Of a stretch of 64,000 nucleotides of DNA, positions 31,009 to 40,917 are shown one piece after another. The position numbers and the translations under genes are program-made. Every line of letters starts with the position of its first letter. The first letter of the stretch is position 1. Source of the stretch: an uncultured Actinomycetota bacterium (GTDB lineage Bacteria > Actinomycetota > Actinomycetes > Propionibacteriales > Propionibacteriaceae). The DNA lies in NCBI GenBank assembly GCA_963696135.1, contig CAVOJH010000019.1:64179-128178 (forward strand). Direction: 5' to 3'. The notes beneath the pieces are model-generated. The model had not been told where the DNA came from, did not search any database, and was given only the letters and a program-made list of their open reading frames with translations.

Positions 31009-32573
31009 ATCCGGAAGACGCCGTAGGAGGGAGCCTGGATCTCTGCTCCAGCGGCGATCTGGAGCCCCATGCCCAGAAGACGGCGGGTGTCGCGGGGGTC
31101 GATCACCCCGTCGTCCCAGAGCCGCGCGGTGGAGTAGTAGGGCGAGCCCTGACGCTCGTACTGATCACGGATCGGCGCCTTGAAGGCTTCCTCGTCGTCG
31201 TCCGACCACGCGTCGCCGCCGGCCTCCAGACCGTCGCGCCGAACCGTGGCCAGCACCGAGGCGGCCTGCTCGCCTCCCATCACCGAGATCCGGGCGTTCG
31301 GCCACAGCCACAGGAACCTCGGGTCGTACGCCCGCCCGCACATCGCGTAGTTGCCGGCACCGAAGGAGCCACCGATCACCACGGTGAACTTCGGTACCAC
31401 CGAGCAGGCGACGGCGGTGACCAGCTTGGCGCCGTCCTTGGCGATGCCTGCGTGCTCGTACTCACGCCCCACCATGAAGCCAGAGATGTTCTGCAGGAAG
31501 ACCAGCGGGATGCCGCGCTGGTTGCACAGCTCGACGAAGTGCGCACCCTTCAGCGCCGAGCTGGAGAACAGGATGCCGTTGTTGGCCACGATGCCGACCC
31601 GGTGCCCCCAGATCGAGGCGAAGCCGCAGACCAGCGTCTCGCCGTAGAGTCGCTTGAACTCGTGCCAGTGGCCGCCGTCGATGATCCGCCGGATCACCTG
31701 CCGCACGTCGTACGGGGTCCGCGAGCTCACCGGCACCACCTCCAGCAGACCGGCCGGGTCATCGTTCGGCTCCTCGGCCGGACCGTGATCACCGACGACG
31801 GGGGCGGGCAGCGTGGCGATGATCGAGCGCACGATGGCCAGAGCCTGGGGGTCGTCGGCGGCCAGGTGGTCGACCACCCCCGAGGTCCGGGCGTGCACGT
31901 CCCCGCCACCGAGCTCCTCGGCCGTCACCACCTCTCCCGTCGCGGCCTTCACCAACGGCGGGCCACCGAGGAAGATGGTGCCCTGGCCCTGCACGATCAC
32001 CGTCTCGTCGGACATGGCCGGCACGTAAGCCCCACCGGCGGTGCACGAGCCGAGCACCGCGGCCACCTGCGGGATCCCCGCCGCGGACATGTTGGCCTGG
32101 TTGAAGAAGATCCGCCCGAAGTGGTCCCGGTCGGGGAAGACCTCGTCCTGCAACGGCAGGAAGGCGCCGCCGGAGTCGACCAGGTAGATGCAGGGCAACC
32201 GGTTCGCCGCCGCGATCTCCTGGGCTCGCAGGTGCTTCTTCACCGTGATCGGGTAGTAGGTGCCCCCCTTCACGGTCGCGTCGTTGGCCACGATCATGCA
32301 CAGCCGACCTTCGATCCGACCGATCCCGGTGACGATGCCGGCACTCGGCACCGCGAGCTCACCTCCGTACAGGTCGTAGGCCGCCAGCGGCGCCACCTCG
32401 AGGAACGGGCTGCCCGGGTCGAGCAGTCGATCGATCCGGTCTCGGACCAACAGCTTGCCGCGTCCGGTGTGCTTGGCGCGGGCGGCCTCGCTGCCGCCCA
32501 GGCGGACCGCCGCCAGCCGAGCCCACAGCTCATCGACCAGGGAGGCAAGCGATGCAGGCTGATCCGAGCTCAT
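31005..32573 (-). CDS. Carboxyltransferase (methylcrotonyl-CoA carboxylase beta subunit-like)
   Basis: '[28 protein letters not shown]', '[16 protein letters not shown]' and '[12 protein letters not shown]'. The ATG at 32573 overlaps the scoB stop (ATGA). The 747-aa ORF-track call is an out-of-frame upstream extension. Confidence 0.9.
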   Translation of the reverse strand: MSSDQPASLASLVDELWARLAAVRLGGSEAARAKHTGRGKLLVRDRIDRLLDPGSPFLEVAPLAAYDLYGGELAVPSAGIVTGIGRIEGRLCMIVANDATVKGGTYYPITVKKHLRAQEIAAANRLPCIYLVDSGGAFLPLQDEVFPDRDHFGRIFFNQANMSAAGIPQVAAVLGSCTAGGAYVPAMSDETVIVQGQGTIFLGGPPLVKAATGEVVTAEELGGGDVHARTSGVVDHLAADDPQALAIVRSIIATLPAPVVGDHGPAEEPNDDPAGLLEVVPVSSRTPYDVRQVIRRIIDGGHWHEFKRLYGETLVCGFASIWGHRVGIVANNGILFSSSALKGAHFVELCNQRGIPLVFLQNISGFMVGREYEHAGIAKDGAKLVTAVACSVVPKFTVVIGGSFGAGNYAMCGRAYDPRFLWLWPNARISVMGGEQAASVLATVRRDGLEAGGDAWSDDDEEAFKAPIRDQYERQGSPYYSTARLWDDGVIDPRDTRRLLGMGLQIAAGAEIQAPSYGVFRM

Positions 32574-33208
32574 CCCTCCACCAGCACGGGCTCGGTCTTG
32601 TCCCGCACCTCCTGGGCGCTGACCCCGGGCGCCAGCTCGACCAAGATCAGCTCGCCGCCGTCGGATGGGACGTCGATCACGGCCAGATCGGTGATGATCC
32701 GCTGCACCACACCGCGGCCGGTCAGTGGCAGCGAGCAGCTCTCCACGATCTTGTACGACCCGTCCTTGGCCACGTGCTCCATCAGCACCACGACCTTCTT
32801 CGCGCCGTGCACCAGATCCATCGCTCCGCCCATGCCCTTGATCATCTTGCCCGGGATCATCCAGTTGGCGATGTCTCCCAGCCGGGAGACCTGCATCGCG
32901 CCGAGGATCGCCGCGTCGATCTTGCCGCCGCGGATCATCCCGAACGACAACGCCGAGTCGAAGAACGCCGCCCCCTTGCGGACGGTGACGGTCTCCTTGC
33001 CGGCGTTGATCAGATCCGGGTCCTCCTCCCCCTCGTACGGGTAGGGGCCGACCCCGAGGATGCCGTTCTCCGACTGCAGCACGAGCTCGGTGTCGTCGGG
33101 CACGTAGTTGGGCACCAGGGTCGGCAACCCGATGCCCAGGTTGACGTAGTCGCCGTCCCTCAGTTCGGCGGCGGCCCGCGCCGCCATCTGCTCGCGGGTC
33201 CAGCTCAT
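32570..33208 (-). CDS. scoB: 3-oxoacid CoA-transferase subunit B
   Basis: '[12 protein letters not shown]', 'LQSENGILG' and '[17 protein letters not shown]' are the classic subunit-B signature. Confidence 0.9.
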   Translation of the reverse strand: MSWTREQMAARAAAELRDGDYVNLGIGLPTLVPNYVPDDTELVLQSENGILGVGPYPYEGEEDPDLINAGKETVTVRKGAAFFDSALSFGMIRGGKIDAAILGAMQVSRLGDIANWMIPGKMIKGMGGAMDLVHGAKKVVVLMEHVAKDGSYKIVESCSLPLTGRGVVQRIITDLAVIDVPSDGGELILVELAPGVSAQEVRDKTEPVLVEG

Positions 33209-34017
33209 CGGACCGCCCCCGGTCGTGTAGGCGCCGTCGGATCATCACGACGCGGACGTACGGTGCGTCTCTCGATCCGTTTGTCGGCCGCCTGCTCGGG
33301 CGTCAGCGCGACGACCCGGTGCACGAACACCCCGGGGGTGTGTACCAGATTCGGATCGAGGTCCCCGGGCTCGACCAGCTCCTCCACCTCGGCCACGGTG
33401 ATCCGGCCGCACATCGCCGCCAGCGGGTTGAAGTTGCGGGCCGAGTCGCGGAACACCAGGTTGCCGTGCCGGTCACCGCGCCAGGCTCGGACCAGTCCGA
33501 AGTCGGCGACGATCGCCCGCTCCAGCACGAACTCCTTCGCACCCTGGGCCGTCTCGAACGTCTGGGTCTGCTTGGTCGGTGAGGAGACCGCGACCGAGCC
33601 GTCATCGGCGTACCGCCAGGGCAGCCCGCCCTCGGCCACCTGGGTACCGACCCCGCTCGCGGTGAAGAACGCCGGGATCCCCGAACCACCGGCCCGCATC
33701 CGCTCGGCCAGGGTGCCCTGCGGGGTGAGCTCGACCTCCAGCTCACCGGACAGGTACTGCCGGGCGAACTCCTTGTTCTCTCCGACATAGCTCGCCACCA
33801 CCCGGCGCAGTCGTCCGGCCCCGAGCAACAGACCCAGACCCCAGTCGTCGACGCCGGCGTTGTTGGAGATCACCTCGAGCTCACCGGTGCCGGCCTCGAA
33901 GAGCGCGTTGATCAAGGTCGAGGGGATGCCGCAGAGACCGAAGCCCCCGACGGCCAAGGAGCTGCCCGCCGGGATGTCAGCCACGGCCGCCGCCGCCGAG
34001 TCGACCACCTTGTCCAC
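33205..34017 (-). CDS. scoA: 3-oxoacid CoA-transferase subunit A
   Basis: '[19 protein letters not shown]', '[13 protein letters not shown]' and '[23 protein letters not shown]'. The stop overlaps the scoB start (ATGA). Confidence 0.9.
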   Translation of the reverse strand: MDKVVDSAAAAVADIPAGSSLAVGGFGLCGIPSTLINALFEAGTGELEVISNNAGVDDWGLGLLLGAGRLRRVVASYVGENKEFARQYLSGELEVELTPQGTLAERMRAGGSGIPAFFTASGVGTQVAEGGLPWRYADDGSVAVSSPTKQTQTFETAQGAKEFVLERAIVADFGLVRAWRGDRHGNLVFRDSARNFNPLAAMCGRITVAEVEELVEPGDLDPNLVHTPGVFVHRVVALTPEQAADKRIERRTVRPRRDDPTAPTRPGAVR

Positions 34018-34135
34018 GCTGCTCCCGTCGCCGATGACCCGTATCGGCAGTCAACCCGCCCATCCCGGCCGGGTCAACCGGCGCCGTCGGCCCGACGCGG
34101 CATACTCGCGGTGGTCGGAGTCAGAGGAGGTGCAG

Positions 34136-37100
34136 ATGCGGGTCGTCCACGCCTGCTGGCCGGCGCACGCCCGAGCCTCATCGAACGGGTTGGTGGTGTG
34201 GGCCGAGGACTCGGCGCTGCGACCGACGACCGGCCGGCGCGGTCGCCGACCGCGGACCTCCCTGCACCCCTACGCCCTCGATGCGAGCGAGCTGGCGCAT
34301 GTTCTCGGTGTCCCTCCGGCGGCCACCGCGCCTGACGGCGTCGTGCTGGACCTCCCCACGCGAGGCGGTTCCCCACTCCCCTCGCCCGAGCTGGTCCGAG
34401 ACGACGAGGGGAGGGCGACAGGTCCGGTACGTCCGGGCCGCTGGCGGGTGCCGGCCGTGCTGCTGGAGATGGACCAGGCGTACGCCTGGTTGTCGGATGT
34501 CGATCTGACCGCGCTCGCGTACGGCGCCTCCGTCCACCACCTGGTCGAGCTCGTCGCGTTCGCCGACGACCTGGTGGGCCGCGGCCGGATGCTGCCTACG
34601 GTGCTGGCGGATGGACCGACCGCGGTCTGGCGGCCGCTGTTGTCTGGCCCCGACGCCGCCTGGGCGCGGGTGCTGGCCGCTGCCTTGCCACCCGCCCTGC
34701 TCGCCGCCGCTGACGACGCGGGCCGCGACGACGACGTCCGCCACGGCGAGGCCGAGGATCCGCTCTCGATGTGGGCCGCCGCCTTCGATGACCTGGTCGA
34801 CGCCTCCGTCCGGGCCGCGCTGGGGTCGGTGCGGCTCACCCTCGGTCGACGGGGTACGCCGACCAGCCGCGCCTGGCTGGCCGCGCTGACCGGTGCCAAC
34901 CGGACGTTCCGAGTCCCCGGGGCCGACCTCGACGGGCTCACGACCGCGTTGGCGCGCTGGCAGTCCGATGCCCTGGCCGGTCCGGTGCGCGCCTTCTTCC
35001 GGCTCACCGAACCGATCGCCGATCCAGGCAGCCAGGGCGAAGACGGTGACGCCAGCTGGTGGCTGCGGTTCGGCCTCCAGGCCACGGACGAGCAGAGTCG
35101 GGTCGCCGAGGCGGACGAGGTCTGGCGGGCCACCGACGCCCTGCCCGGTCTGGGCCGGGTGGTGAACTCACCCCAGGAGACCTTCCTGGCCGAGCTGGGC
35201 AAGGCGGCTCGCCTCTACCCGGCACTGGACGATGCCCTGCGGACGGCCCGCCCGGACTCACTCAGCCTCGACGTGACCGGAGCGCACCGCTTCCTCCGCG
35301 AAGCCGCCCCCGCCCTCGCCACTGCCGGGTTCGGTGTCCAGCTACCGGGTTGGTGGTCCAAACCGGCCACCCGCTTGGGGGTCAAGGTGACCGCCACGCC
35401 GCGCACCCAACCCGGGATGGTCGGCACGGCTGCCGGGGTCGGCCTCGGCGCCATCGCCGACTTCCGCTACGACGTGGCGGTCGGCGACGACACCCTCACC
35501 GTCGACGAGATGAGCGCTCTCTCCGCGCTGAAGTCCCCGTTGGTACGCCTGCGCGGGCAGTGGGTCGAGCTCGATCCGCGGAGGCTGGAGGCCGCCTTGC
35601 GGATGGCCGGTCGTCAGGGCGAGCTGTCCGTCGCCGAGCTGCTCCGCCTCGGTCTCGGCGTCGACACCGCCGACGAGGACGTGGCGGTGACCGCAGTCGC
35701 CGCGGACGGCTGGCTGGGCGACCTGCTGGCCGGGCGGGCGTCGGAACGCCTGGCCGCCGTCGAGGTGCCAGCGGACTTCCGGGGCACCCTGCGTCCGTAC
35801 CAGGCGCGTGGTCTGTCCTGGCTGGACTTCCTCGGCCGAATCGGGGTCGGTGGGGTGCTGGCCGACGACATGGGTCTCGGCAAGACGGTCCAGCTGCTGG
35901 CCCTGCTGTCCCTGGACCACGGGGAACGTTCCGGTGACGATCCCGCTGGCGGACCCACCCTGCTCGTCTGTCCGATGTCCTTGGTCGGCAACTGGCAGCG
36001 GGAGGCGGAGCGCTTCACCCCGCACCTTCGGGTGCACGTCCACCACGGCTCCGAGCGAGCTCGCGGTGAGGCCTTCACGTCGGCCGTGTCCGGCAGCGAC
36101 CTGGTGATCACCACGTACGCGATCGCCACCCGCGATGCCGCGGTCCTCCGCCGGATCGGGTGGCGTCGGCTGGTCGTCGACGAGGCGCAGGCGATCAAGA
36201 ACGCGGCCACCAGGCAGGCCACGGCGATCCGCTCGATCCCTGCCGGGGTGAGGATCGCGGTGACCGGCACACCGGTGGAGAACCGACTCGCGGACCTGTG
36301 GTCGATCCTGGAGTTCGCCAACCCCGGGTTGCTGGGCAGCGCCGCGTCCTTCAAGAAGCGGTACGCCGAACCGATCGAGCGACACGGCGACGACGAGGCC
36401 GCGGCTCGGCTGCGGCGTTTCACCGGGCCGTTCGTGCTCCGCCGGCTGAAGACCGACCGCTCGATCATCACCGACCTACCCGAGAAGCTGGAGATGGAGG
36501 TGCTGACCAACCTGACCGCCGAGCAGGCCTCGCTCTACCAGGCGGTCGTCGACGACATGCTGGCCAAGATCGACGCCGCCGACGGGATCGAGCGCCGCGG
36601 TCTGGTGCTGGCCACCATGACCAAGCTGAAGCAGGTGTGCAACCACCCGGCCCACTTCCTGCGCGACGGGAGCCCGCTGGCGGGTCGGTCCGGCAAGCTG
36701 GAACGGCTGGACGAGATCCTCGCCGAGGTGCTGCAGGCAGGTGAGCGGGCCTTGCTGTTCACTCAGTACGCGGAGTTCGGCGCCATGCTGCGGGGACATC
36801 TGTCGGGCCGGTTCGGCCGTGAGGTCCTCTACCTGCACGGTGGGGTGGCCAAGTCAGCCCGGGAGGCCATGGTGACGCGGTTCCAGTCCGACGAGAACTG
36901 GGCGCCCCCGCTGTTCGTGCTGTCCCTCAAGGCCGGCGGCACCGGACTCACCCTGACTGCCGCCAACCACGTGGTGCACGTCGACCGCTGGTGGAATCCG
37001 GCCGTGGAGGATCAGGCCACCGATCGCGCGTTCCGGATCGGTCAGCGGCGCGCCGTGCAGGTCCGCAAGATGGTCAGCGCCGGAACGGTCGAGGAGAAGA

Positions 37101-37234
37101 TCGCCGCCATGATCAACCAGAAGCGTGGGCTGGCCGCCAAGATCGTCGGTACCGGGGAGAGCTGGTTGACCGAGCTGTCCACCGACGACCTGGCCGAGCT
37201 GGTGAAGCTCGAGGCGGGGGCGGTGGTCGAGTGA
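34136..37234 (+). CDS. SNF2-family DEAD/DEAH-box helicase with SNF2-associated N-terminal domain
   Basis: GAGGAGG lies 5 nt before the ATG at 34136. Walker A 'LADDMGLGKTVQ', motif II 'VVDEAQAIKN', and motif VI 'QATDRAFRIGQRRAVQV'. A roughly 550-aa N-terminal region resembles the actinobacterial SNF2-helicase-associated domain. Confidence 0.9.
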   Translation: MRVVHACWPAHARASSNGLVVWAEDSALRPTTGRRGRRPRTSLHPYALDASELAHVLGVPPAATAPDGVVLDLPTRGGSPLPSPELVRDDEGRATGPVRPGRWRVPAVLLEMDQAYAWLSDVDLTALAYGASVHHLVELVAFADDLVGRGRMLPTVLADGPTAVWRPLLSGPDAAWARVLAAALPPALLAAADDAGRDDDVRHGEAEDPLSMWAAAFDDLVDASVRAALGSVRLTLGRRGTPTSRAWLAALTGANRTFRVPGADLDGLTTALARWQSDALAGPVRAFFRLTEPIADPGSQGEDGDASWWLRFGLQATDEQSRVAEADEVWRATDALPGLGRVVNSPQETFLAELGKAARLYPALDDALRTARPDSLSLDVTGAHRFLREAAPALATAGFGVQLPGWWSKPATRLGVKVTATPRTQPGMVGTAAGVGLGAIADFRYDVAVGDDTLTVDEMSALSALKSPLVRLRGQWVELDPRRLEAALRMAGRQGELSVAELLRLGLGVDTADEDVAVTAVAADGWLGDLLAGRASERLAAVEVPADFRGTLRPYQARGLSWLDFLGRIGVGGVLADDMGLGKTVQLLALLSLDHGERSGDDPAGGPTLLVCPMSLVGNWQREAERFTPHLRVHVHHGSERARGEAFTSAVSGSDLVITTYAIATRDAAVLRRIGWRRLVVDEAQAIKNAATRQATAIRSIPAGVRIAVTGTPVENRLADLWSILEFANPGLLGSAASFKKRYAEPIERHGDDEAAARLRRFTGPFVLRRLKTDRSIITDLPEKLEMEVLTNLTAEQASLYQAVVDDMLAKIDAADGIERRGLVLATMTKLKQVCNHPAHFLRDGSPLAGRSGKLERLDEILAEVLQAGERALLFTQYAEFGAMLRGHLSGRFGREVLYLHGGVAKSAREAMVTRFQSDENWAPPLFVLSLKAGGTGLTLTAANHVVHVDRWWNPAVEDQATDRAFRIGQRRAVQVRKMVSAGTVEEKIAAMINQKRGLAAKIVGTGESWLTELSTDDLAELVKLEAGAVVE

Positions 37235-38070
37235 GCGGCTGGTATCCGCCCTCCTCCCGACCGCGAGCGGTGGAGGACGGTCTCAAGGCCCGCAGCACCC
37301 GGGGGGACATCGGCACCTCGTGGTGGTCCCGTCGCTTCCTCGACGTGCTGGAGTCCTTCGCCATCGGGGGACGGCTGGCGCGCGGGAAGACGTACGCCCG
37401 GAAGGGGCAGGTGATGTCGCTGGAGATCGTCGCCGGCCGGGTCACGGCCGCAGTGCAGGGGTCGCGCGCCACGCCGTACGACGTCACGATCGCGTTCGCG
37501 CCGCTGACGGCCACCGAGTGGGATCGGGTCGAGGGCGCTCTGGCGGACCAGGCCCTACCCTGCGCCAAGCTTCTGGCCGGCGAGGTGCCGACCGAGCTGG
37601 AAGCGATCTTCACCGCCGCCGGCTCTCCCCTCTTCCCCGCCGCAGTCGGCGATCTGCGGCAGGACTGCAGCTGCCCGGACTGGGGCGTGCCGTGCAAGCA
37701 CCTGGCGGCCGCGTTCTACCTGCTGGCCGAGGCTTTCGACAGCGACCCGTTCGTCTTGCTGCGCTGGCGGGGACGGGAGCGGGAGGAGCTGCTGGCGACG
37801 TTGCGGATGCTGCGTTCGGGCCACGCCTCGGACGGCGACCACCAGCCCACCACCACGCCGACCGCGGGCGCGCACACCGCCCTGGCCGGGCTCGAATGGC
37901 CCGGCGACCGGCACGAGCGCTTCTGGCAGCCCCCGCCCCCGCTGCCGGTGCGGCCACCGGTCCTCAGCGCGGCGCAGGATGTGGTGCTGCGCCAGCTGCC
38001 CGAGCCCGACCGGGCTCTCGGCGGTGCGGAGCTGGTCGCCCAGCTCCGCAGGGTCTACCGCGACACGTGA
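37231..38070 (+). CDS. SWIM zinc-finger protein
   Basis: The GTG at 37231 overlaps the helicase stop (GTGA). The CxCxnCxH motif 'CSCPDWGVPCKHLAA' is present. Confidence 0.8.
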   Translation: MSGWYPPSSRPRAVEDGLKARSTRGDIGTSWWSRRFLDVLESFAIGGRLARGKTYARKGQVMSLEIVAGRVTAAVQGSRATPYDVTIAFAPLTATEWDRVEGALADQALPCAKLLAGEVPTELEAIFTAAGSPLFPAAVGDLRQDCSCPDWGVPCKHLAAAFYLLAEAFDSDPFVLLRWRGREREELLATLRMLRSGHASDGDHQPTTTPTAGAHTALAGLEWPGDRHERFWQPPPPLPVRPPVLSAAQDVVLRQLPEPDRALGGAELVAQLRRVYRDT

Positions 38071-38134
38071 GTCAACCCGGCCGGCCATCTCACACGCCGG
38101 GGGTGCGATCAGCCCGTCGGTCGGGCCCGACTAC

Positions 38135-38623
38135 TCAGTCGAGACCGAGACGGTCCCGCAGCGCGGCCTCGTCCTCCGCGCTCAGGTTGGATTCGATCAG
38201 CTCCAGGTGCGTGCCGGCGAAGCGCTGCCGGATCCGATCGGCCACCGCCCCGGAGGACAGCAGGAACAGGGCCGAGGTGCCCTCGGTGACCTTCTCCTTC
38301 ACGTTGGCGATGAATTGGTCGTCCACGCCGACGTCCTCCATCTTGCCCCAGATGGCACCGGCAGCCGCGCCCACACCGGCGCCGATCACCGGCACGAAGA
38401 ACAGGATGCCGAACAGGATCCCCCAGAAGAGGCCACCCAGGGCGTACCGACCGGTCAGATCGTTGAGCTGGCGGGTCTTCGGCTTCTTCTGTCCGACCGG
38501 CCACTCGACGATCGCCGCCTCCTGGATGTCGATCAGGCCCTCGTTGTTGAGGTCCTTCAACGTTCGCATCGCCAGTGACGCACCGTCGGGGCGGTCGAAC
38601 TTCCATGCGGTCAAGGTCGCCAT
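38135..38623 (-). CDS. DUF1269-like membrane protein
   Basis: 'MATLTAWKFD', a Gly-zipper TM 'VPVIGAGVGAAAGAIWGKM', and 'VGVDDQFIANVKEKV'. The start at ATG 38623 is inferred from family-typical length. Confidence 0.7.
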   Translation of the reverse strand: MATLTAWKFDRPDGASLAMRTLKDLNNEGLIDIQEAAIVEWPVGQKKPKTRQLNDLTGRYALGGLFWGILFGILFFVPVIGAGVGAAAGAIWGKMEDVGVDDQFIANVKEKVTEGTSALFLLSSGAVADRIRQRFAGTHLELIESNLSAEDEAALRDRLGLD

Positions 38624-38726
38624 CGCATCCTCACACTTCCGTCTCGGGATTCCCGTGCCTGCTCGGGCTTCGGACTGCACGCTACCGAGATCGGACGCTT
38701 TGGGCGAGACGATCCACCGCCAGCCG

Positions 38727-38855
38727 GCCGATCTTGGCCTCGGTCGGCCGTGGCTGTTCTGGATCGACCTGCCGCTCGCGGCAGTCACGTTGGTCGTGGT
38801 CCGGGCCGTCGCGCCCGAGTCGAGCGACCCGCACGCCTGTCACCGGGTCGACTGG
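38727..38855 (+). pseudogene. Relic fragment of an MFS (DHA-type) transporter gene
   Basis: The isolated in-frame stretch 'ADLGLGRPWLFWIDLPLAAVTLVVVRAVAPESSDPHACHRVDW' mirrors the 'W(R)xxFxINxPxG...xPES' segment of drug-efflux MFS proteins. Compare 'LSWRLVFYINVPIGIVGVIAAIVALPKF' in the intact MFS at 42146-43684. There is no start and no flanking MFS sequence. Confidence 0.45.
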
Positions 38856-38857
38856 GC

Positions 38858-38881
38858 GTCTGGCCGTCTGGCCGTCTGGCC
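38858..38881. repeat. Three tandem copies of the octamer GTCTGGCC
   Basis: Read directly from the sequence. The repeat lies in the non-coding gap just after the MFS relic. Confidence 0.9.
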
Positions 38882-38915
38882 CTCCCGCCGTTCCGACGTC
38901 GACCGACGCGGGACC

Positions 38916-40232
38916 TCAGGCGGTCCCGGCGTCACCCGCCCCAGGTCGGGCAGGTGTGCGCCATCGCTCGGCGACCGGGTGCTCCACGATCATCGGCGGT
39001 GCCTGGGAGACCAGCAGCCAGGCCGGCAGGATCACCACGCACAGCACGGGCAGCAAGGTGATGTCACCGGTGATCACGACGGCGAGGAACAACGAGACCC
39101 ACCCGTCGCGGGCGATGGCCAGCACCACGCCCAGCACCCCGCAGCCCACGGCGAGGCTGACCGGGACCGAGGGCAGCAGGTTGTGCGCGAGCAGCCCCAG
39201 AGTGACCCCGATGAACAGGGCCGGGAAGATCCGGCCTCCCCGGAAACCCGACGCCGCGGCGATCACCAGGGCCGCGAGCTTGATCACGGCCATCAGGACC
39301 AGGGTGCCGGTCGCCCACCCGTCGACATCGGCCAGCAGCTCTCCGGTCTGCTCGAGTCCCTTGAACAGGGTCAGCTCCCCGCCGATCGCTCCCAGTCCCC
39401 CCAGCAGCAGTCCGCCCAGGGTGATGTAGACCAGAGGGTTCCGCAGTCGGTGGAAGAACCTGTGCGCCGGTGGCAGGGCCAGCACGGCCAGCATCGCGAT
39501 CAGCAGACAGGCGGAGGCGATCACGGCTCCCGTCAGCAGGTCGATCGCCCGCGGCGTCCCGTACGCCGGCAGCGAGAACCCCAGGGTCGACGCACCCAGC
39601 AGCTTCATCGTGATCGACCCGGCGCCGGCTGCGACCAGCGGCAGGAACAGCTTGTCCCAGAGGGCACCACCGCCCGGCGCGGCGGCCATCACCCCGGTGA
39701 AGATCAGGGCCGCCGCCACCGGAGTGCCGAACAGCGCGCCGACGGTCGCCGCGGCCGCGATGGCCATGACCAGCTGGGTAGGGACCTTGGGCCACAGACG
39801 CGCCACGAGGGCGATCGCCAGAGCGACGTTGATGGCGATGATGGGGTTCTCCGGCCCCAGGCTCACCCCACCCGCCAGGCTCAGCACGACGGCGAGGGTG
39901 AGACTCGGCAGCATGCTCACGGGCAGCGGCGGCGCTGTCAGGTCGGTGGTGGCGGAGTCCTGTCCGCCGTGTCCGGGCACCTTCCAGACCACCAGTCCGA
40001 CGGCCGCGCCGGTCAGCGTCAACACCAGGAAGATCCACCAGCGGGACCCGTCCGGCACCCCCAACGCCGTCGGCGCGAGATCCCAGAGCGCGTGCTCGAG
40101 CAACCCTGCGACCTCGTTGAGAGCCGCGAGGATCAGCGCCGACAGCACCCCGATGATCACGGCGGGGACGGACAGCAGCAGGAGCTGTCGAGGCGTGGGA
40201 GCCGGGGGTGGGGCGGGCGAGGTCTGACTCAC
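38916..40232 (-). CDS. ClC-family chloride/ion channel protein
   Basis: Polytopic protein of about 438 aa with 'GGVSLGPENP' and 'GALFGTPVAAALIF' selectivity-filter-like segments. The GTG start at 40232 is inferred; the ORF-track 5' extension is Arg-rich and non-membrane. Confidence 0.8.
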   Translation of the reverse strand: MSQTSPAPPPAPTPRQLLLLSVPAVIIGVLSALILAALNEVAGLLEHALWDLAPTALGVPDGSRWWIFLVLTLTGAAVGLVVWKVPGHGGQDSATTDLTAPPLPVSMLPSLTLAVVLSLAGGVSLGPENPIIAINVALAIALVARLWPKVPTQLVMAIAAAATVGALFGTPVAAALIFTGVMAAAPGGGALWDKLFLPLVAAGAGSITMKLLGASTLGFSLPAYGTPRAIDLLTGAVIASACLLIAMLAVLALPPAHRFFHRLRNPLVYITLGGLLLGGLGAIGGELTLFKGLEQTGELLADVDGWATGTLVLMAVIKLAALVIAAASGFRGGRIFPALFIGVTLGLLAHNLLPSVPVSLAVGCGVLGVVLAIARDGWVSLFLAVVITGDITLLPVLCVVILPAWLLVSQAPPMIVEHPVAERWRTPARPGAGDAGTA

Positions 40233-40463
40233 GCCGCGATCCTCATGATGCTGTGCTCCGCTGCCGGCCCGCCGATCACTTCGGGACACGCCGGACTCCG
40301 GTGTCAATCCGCTCGGCGCGCCGCGGCGCGAGAACACCCAGGTTCCCCCGGGATGCGACAGAGTGGAACCCACACTCATCCAGCGCAGGCGACGTGCGGA
40401 CCGGCGGGCTCGCAGCACACGACCGAACCACACTCTGCCTTCCCGAGATCTCTAGGAGCGGTG

Positions 40464-40898
40464 ATGGCTCGACCGTCGTCCAGGTCCACCTCGTCCACCC
40501 AGTCCGACACGAAGCAGGCCGTGGCCGCCGGCGCGACCATCGGCACCGCGGCCCTCCTCGGCGTCATCGGCGTGCTCGCCATCCTGCAGGGCCTCGCGGC
40601 GATCCTGCGCGGCCCGGCGTTCGTGATCGGTTTCGACTACGTCTACAAGATCGACGCCAACGGCTGGGGCTGGATCCACCTCCTCCTCGGGGTGGGTGCG
40701 GTCGCGGTGGCGGTCGGGCTGTTCACCAACAAGAGCTGGGCCGCGGTGGCGGCGATCGTGGTGGCCGGGCTGTCCATCATCCTCAACTTCATGTGGCTGC
40801 CGTACTACCCGTGGTGGTCGATCATCGTGATCGCGCTCGACGTGTTCATCATCTGGTCGGTCGGCACCTGGCGGCAGACCACTGCCGCCCGGCACTGA
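40464..40898 (+). CDS. Small integral membrane protein (DUF7144-like)
   Basis: AGGAG lies 5 nt before the ATG at 40464. There are four TM helices. 'GWGWIHLLLGVGAVAVAVGLF' and 'LPYYPWWSIIVIALDVFIIWSV' are typical of this actinobacterial family as I recall it. It is the only real part of the 1192-aa ORF-track call. Confidence 0.65.
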   Translation: MARPSSRSTSSTQSDTKQAVAAGATIGTAALLGVIGVLAILQGLAAILRGPAFVIGFDYVYKIDANGWGWIHLLLGVGAVAVAVGLFTNKSWAAVAAIVVAGLSIILNFMWLPYYPWWSIIVIALDVFIIWSVGTWRQTTAARH

Positions 40899-40917
40899 GC
40901 GCACCGGCCGCCCCATC

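Noticed and set aside
31005-33248. 747-aa ORF suggesting a large fusion carboxyltransferase
   Set aside because: The first 224 codons overlap scoB in another frame and look like noise. The carboxyltransferase sequence begins at 'MSSDQPASL' (ATG 32573), which overlaps the scoB stop.
34018-34135. Direct repeat GTCAACC (x2) in the scoA/SNF2 divergent region as an operator
   Set aside because: Two 7-mers spaced about 17 bp apart could arise by chance, and there is no adjacent regulator to link them to.
40233-40463. Possible fluoride (crcB-motif) riboswitch upstream of the ClC gene
   Set aside because: I looked on the minus strand for the conserved GATGG...AACCGC...CTGATGATGCCTAC core. Only an unrelated CATCATGAGG is present, so there is no support.
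37320-40898. 1192-aa plus-strand ORF spanning four loci
   Set aside because: It runs antisense through the DUF1269 and ClC genes and is Arg/Pro/Gly-rich low-complexity sequence, typical of stop-free antisense frames in GC-rich DNA. Only its last 144 codons (40464-40898) form a plausible membrane protein with its own RBS.
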